Source: Candidatus Limnocylindria bacterium
Lineage (GTDB): Bacteria > Chloroflexota > Limnocylindria > P2-11E
Length of the DNA: 41,047 nucleotides
Direction of reading: 5' to 3'
Assembly: GCA_036395035.1 (NCBI GenBank)
Contig: DASWDY010000018.1
Span: forward strand, 1 to 41,047
The translations under genes were made by a program, and so were the position numbers. The notes beneath the pieces are model-generated. The model saw only the letters and a list, made by a program, of their open reading frames with translations, made no database searches and was not told the DNA's origin. Each line of letters opens with the position of its first letter. Position 1 is the stretch's first letter. This document shows, piece by piece, positions 40,675 through 41,047 of the stretch.

Positions 40675-40684
40675 AGCCTAGTCT
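40675..40684. promoter_or_regulatory. overlapping divergent -10-like boxes (TAGTCT on + for tlyA, TAGGCT on - for the hydrolase), each 7 nt from a GTG start
   Basis: The sequence is AGCCTAGTCT. On the + strand, TAGTCT (40679-40684) is followed by 7 nt and then GTG 40692. On the - strand, TAGGCT (complement of 40675-40680) is followed by 7 nt and then GTG 40667. Confidence 0.35.
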
Positions 40685-40691
40685 TGCGCGC

Positions 40692-41047
40692 GTGCCTGGG
40701 CGCTCGCGCCTCGATCAGGTGCTCGTGCAGCGCGGCCTCGCGCCGAGCCGCGAGCGCGCGCAGGCGCTCATCCTCGCGCGTCACGTGCTCGTCGACGGCG
40801 CTCCCGCGAGCCGCGCGGCGATGCCCGTGCCCGCGGACGCGCGCATCGAGATCGCCGAGGGCCCGCGCTACGCATCGCGAGGCGGGGAGAAGCTCGCACC
40901 CGCGCTCGAAGGGTGGAAGATCCCGGTCGCGGGGCGCGTCGCGCTCGACATCGGGTCCTCGACGGGCGGCTTCACCGACGTGCTGCTGCAGGCGGGCGCG
41001 GCGCGCGTCTACGCGGTCGACGTCGGGAAGGGGCAGCTCGACTGGCG
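40692..41047 (+). CDS. tlyA: TlyA-family rRNA 2'-O-ribose methyltransferase (S4 + FtsJ-like). The 3' end runs off the window.
   Basis: This ORF is absent from the track because it is open-ended. My translation from GTG 40692 reads VPGRSRLDQVLVQRGLAPSRERAQALILARHVLVDGAPASRAAMPVPADARIEIAEGPRYASRGGEKLAPALEGWKIPVAGRVALDIGSSTGGFTDVLLQAGAARVYAVDVGKGQLDW. It contains the S4 motif and the SAM-binding motif DIGSSTGGFTD. Confidence 0.85.
   Translation, partial: MPGRSRLDQVLVQRGLAPSRERAQALILARHVLVDGAPASRAAMPVPADARIEIAEGPRYASRGGEKLAPALEGWKIPVAGRVALDIGSSTGGFTDVLLQAGAARVYAVDVGKGQLDW

Overview
This is a 41-kb, very GC-rich (roughly 70% by eye) bacterial chromosomal segment that is almost fully coding. I saw no rRNA, tRNA, CRISPR array, transposase or integrase. 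Most genes are housekeeping and sit in a gene order typical of high-GC monoderm lineages (Actinomycetota/Chloroflexota-like). In order they are: korA (partial), aspA, an M20 peptidase, a GT87/DUF2029-like membrane protein, cyclophilin, hisS-aspS, a two-component pair, nifS-iscU-mnmA, alaS, a translationally coupled ruvX-mltG-aroE-aroC-aroK/B-aroQ chain, efp, xseA-xseB, a secreted CAP-domain protein, an alpha/beta hydrolase and tlyA (partial). Many long alternative-frame and antisense ORFs in the track are GC artefacts. The stand-out is a same-strand cluster at about 16.2-25.6 kb, wedged between mnmA and alaS. It starts with a 1,893-aa ORF that fuses a degenerate receiver domain, one TM helix, a FecR-like domain, 35 uninterrupted collagen G-X-Y triplets, a charge-poor phage-tail-fibre-like rod and a poly-Gly C-terminal module. 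Tightly packed behind it are three paralogous small membrane-anchored proteins of a family I do not recognise, a helical anchored protein and a GT-C/GT87-like polytopic membrane protein. I propose this cluster as a candidate undescribed surface-fibre/signalling system. Secondary oddities:
- An FtsA/PilM-like protein plus a TM baseplate-J-like protein are inserted between alaS and ruvX.
- Two conserved genes (ruvX, xseA) have homologous N-termini that lie upstream of any ATG/GTG start.
- An Ig-like repeat ORF starts mid-repeat.
- Twin hairpins share the same apex sequence.
- Divergent genes have back-to-back leaderless-type promoter geometry.
- A low-GC convergent intergenic region carries tandem palindromic 21-mers, a 16-nt tandem repeat and a G10 tract.
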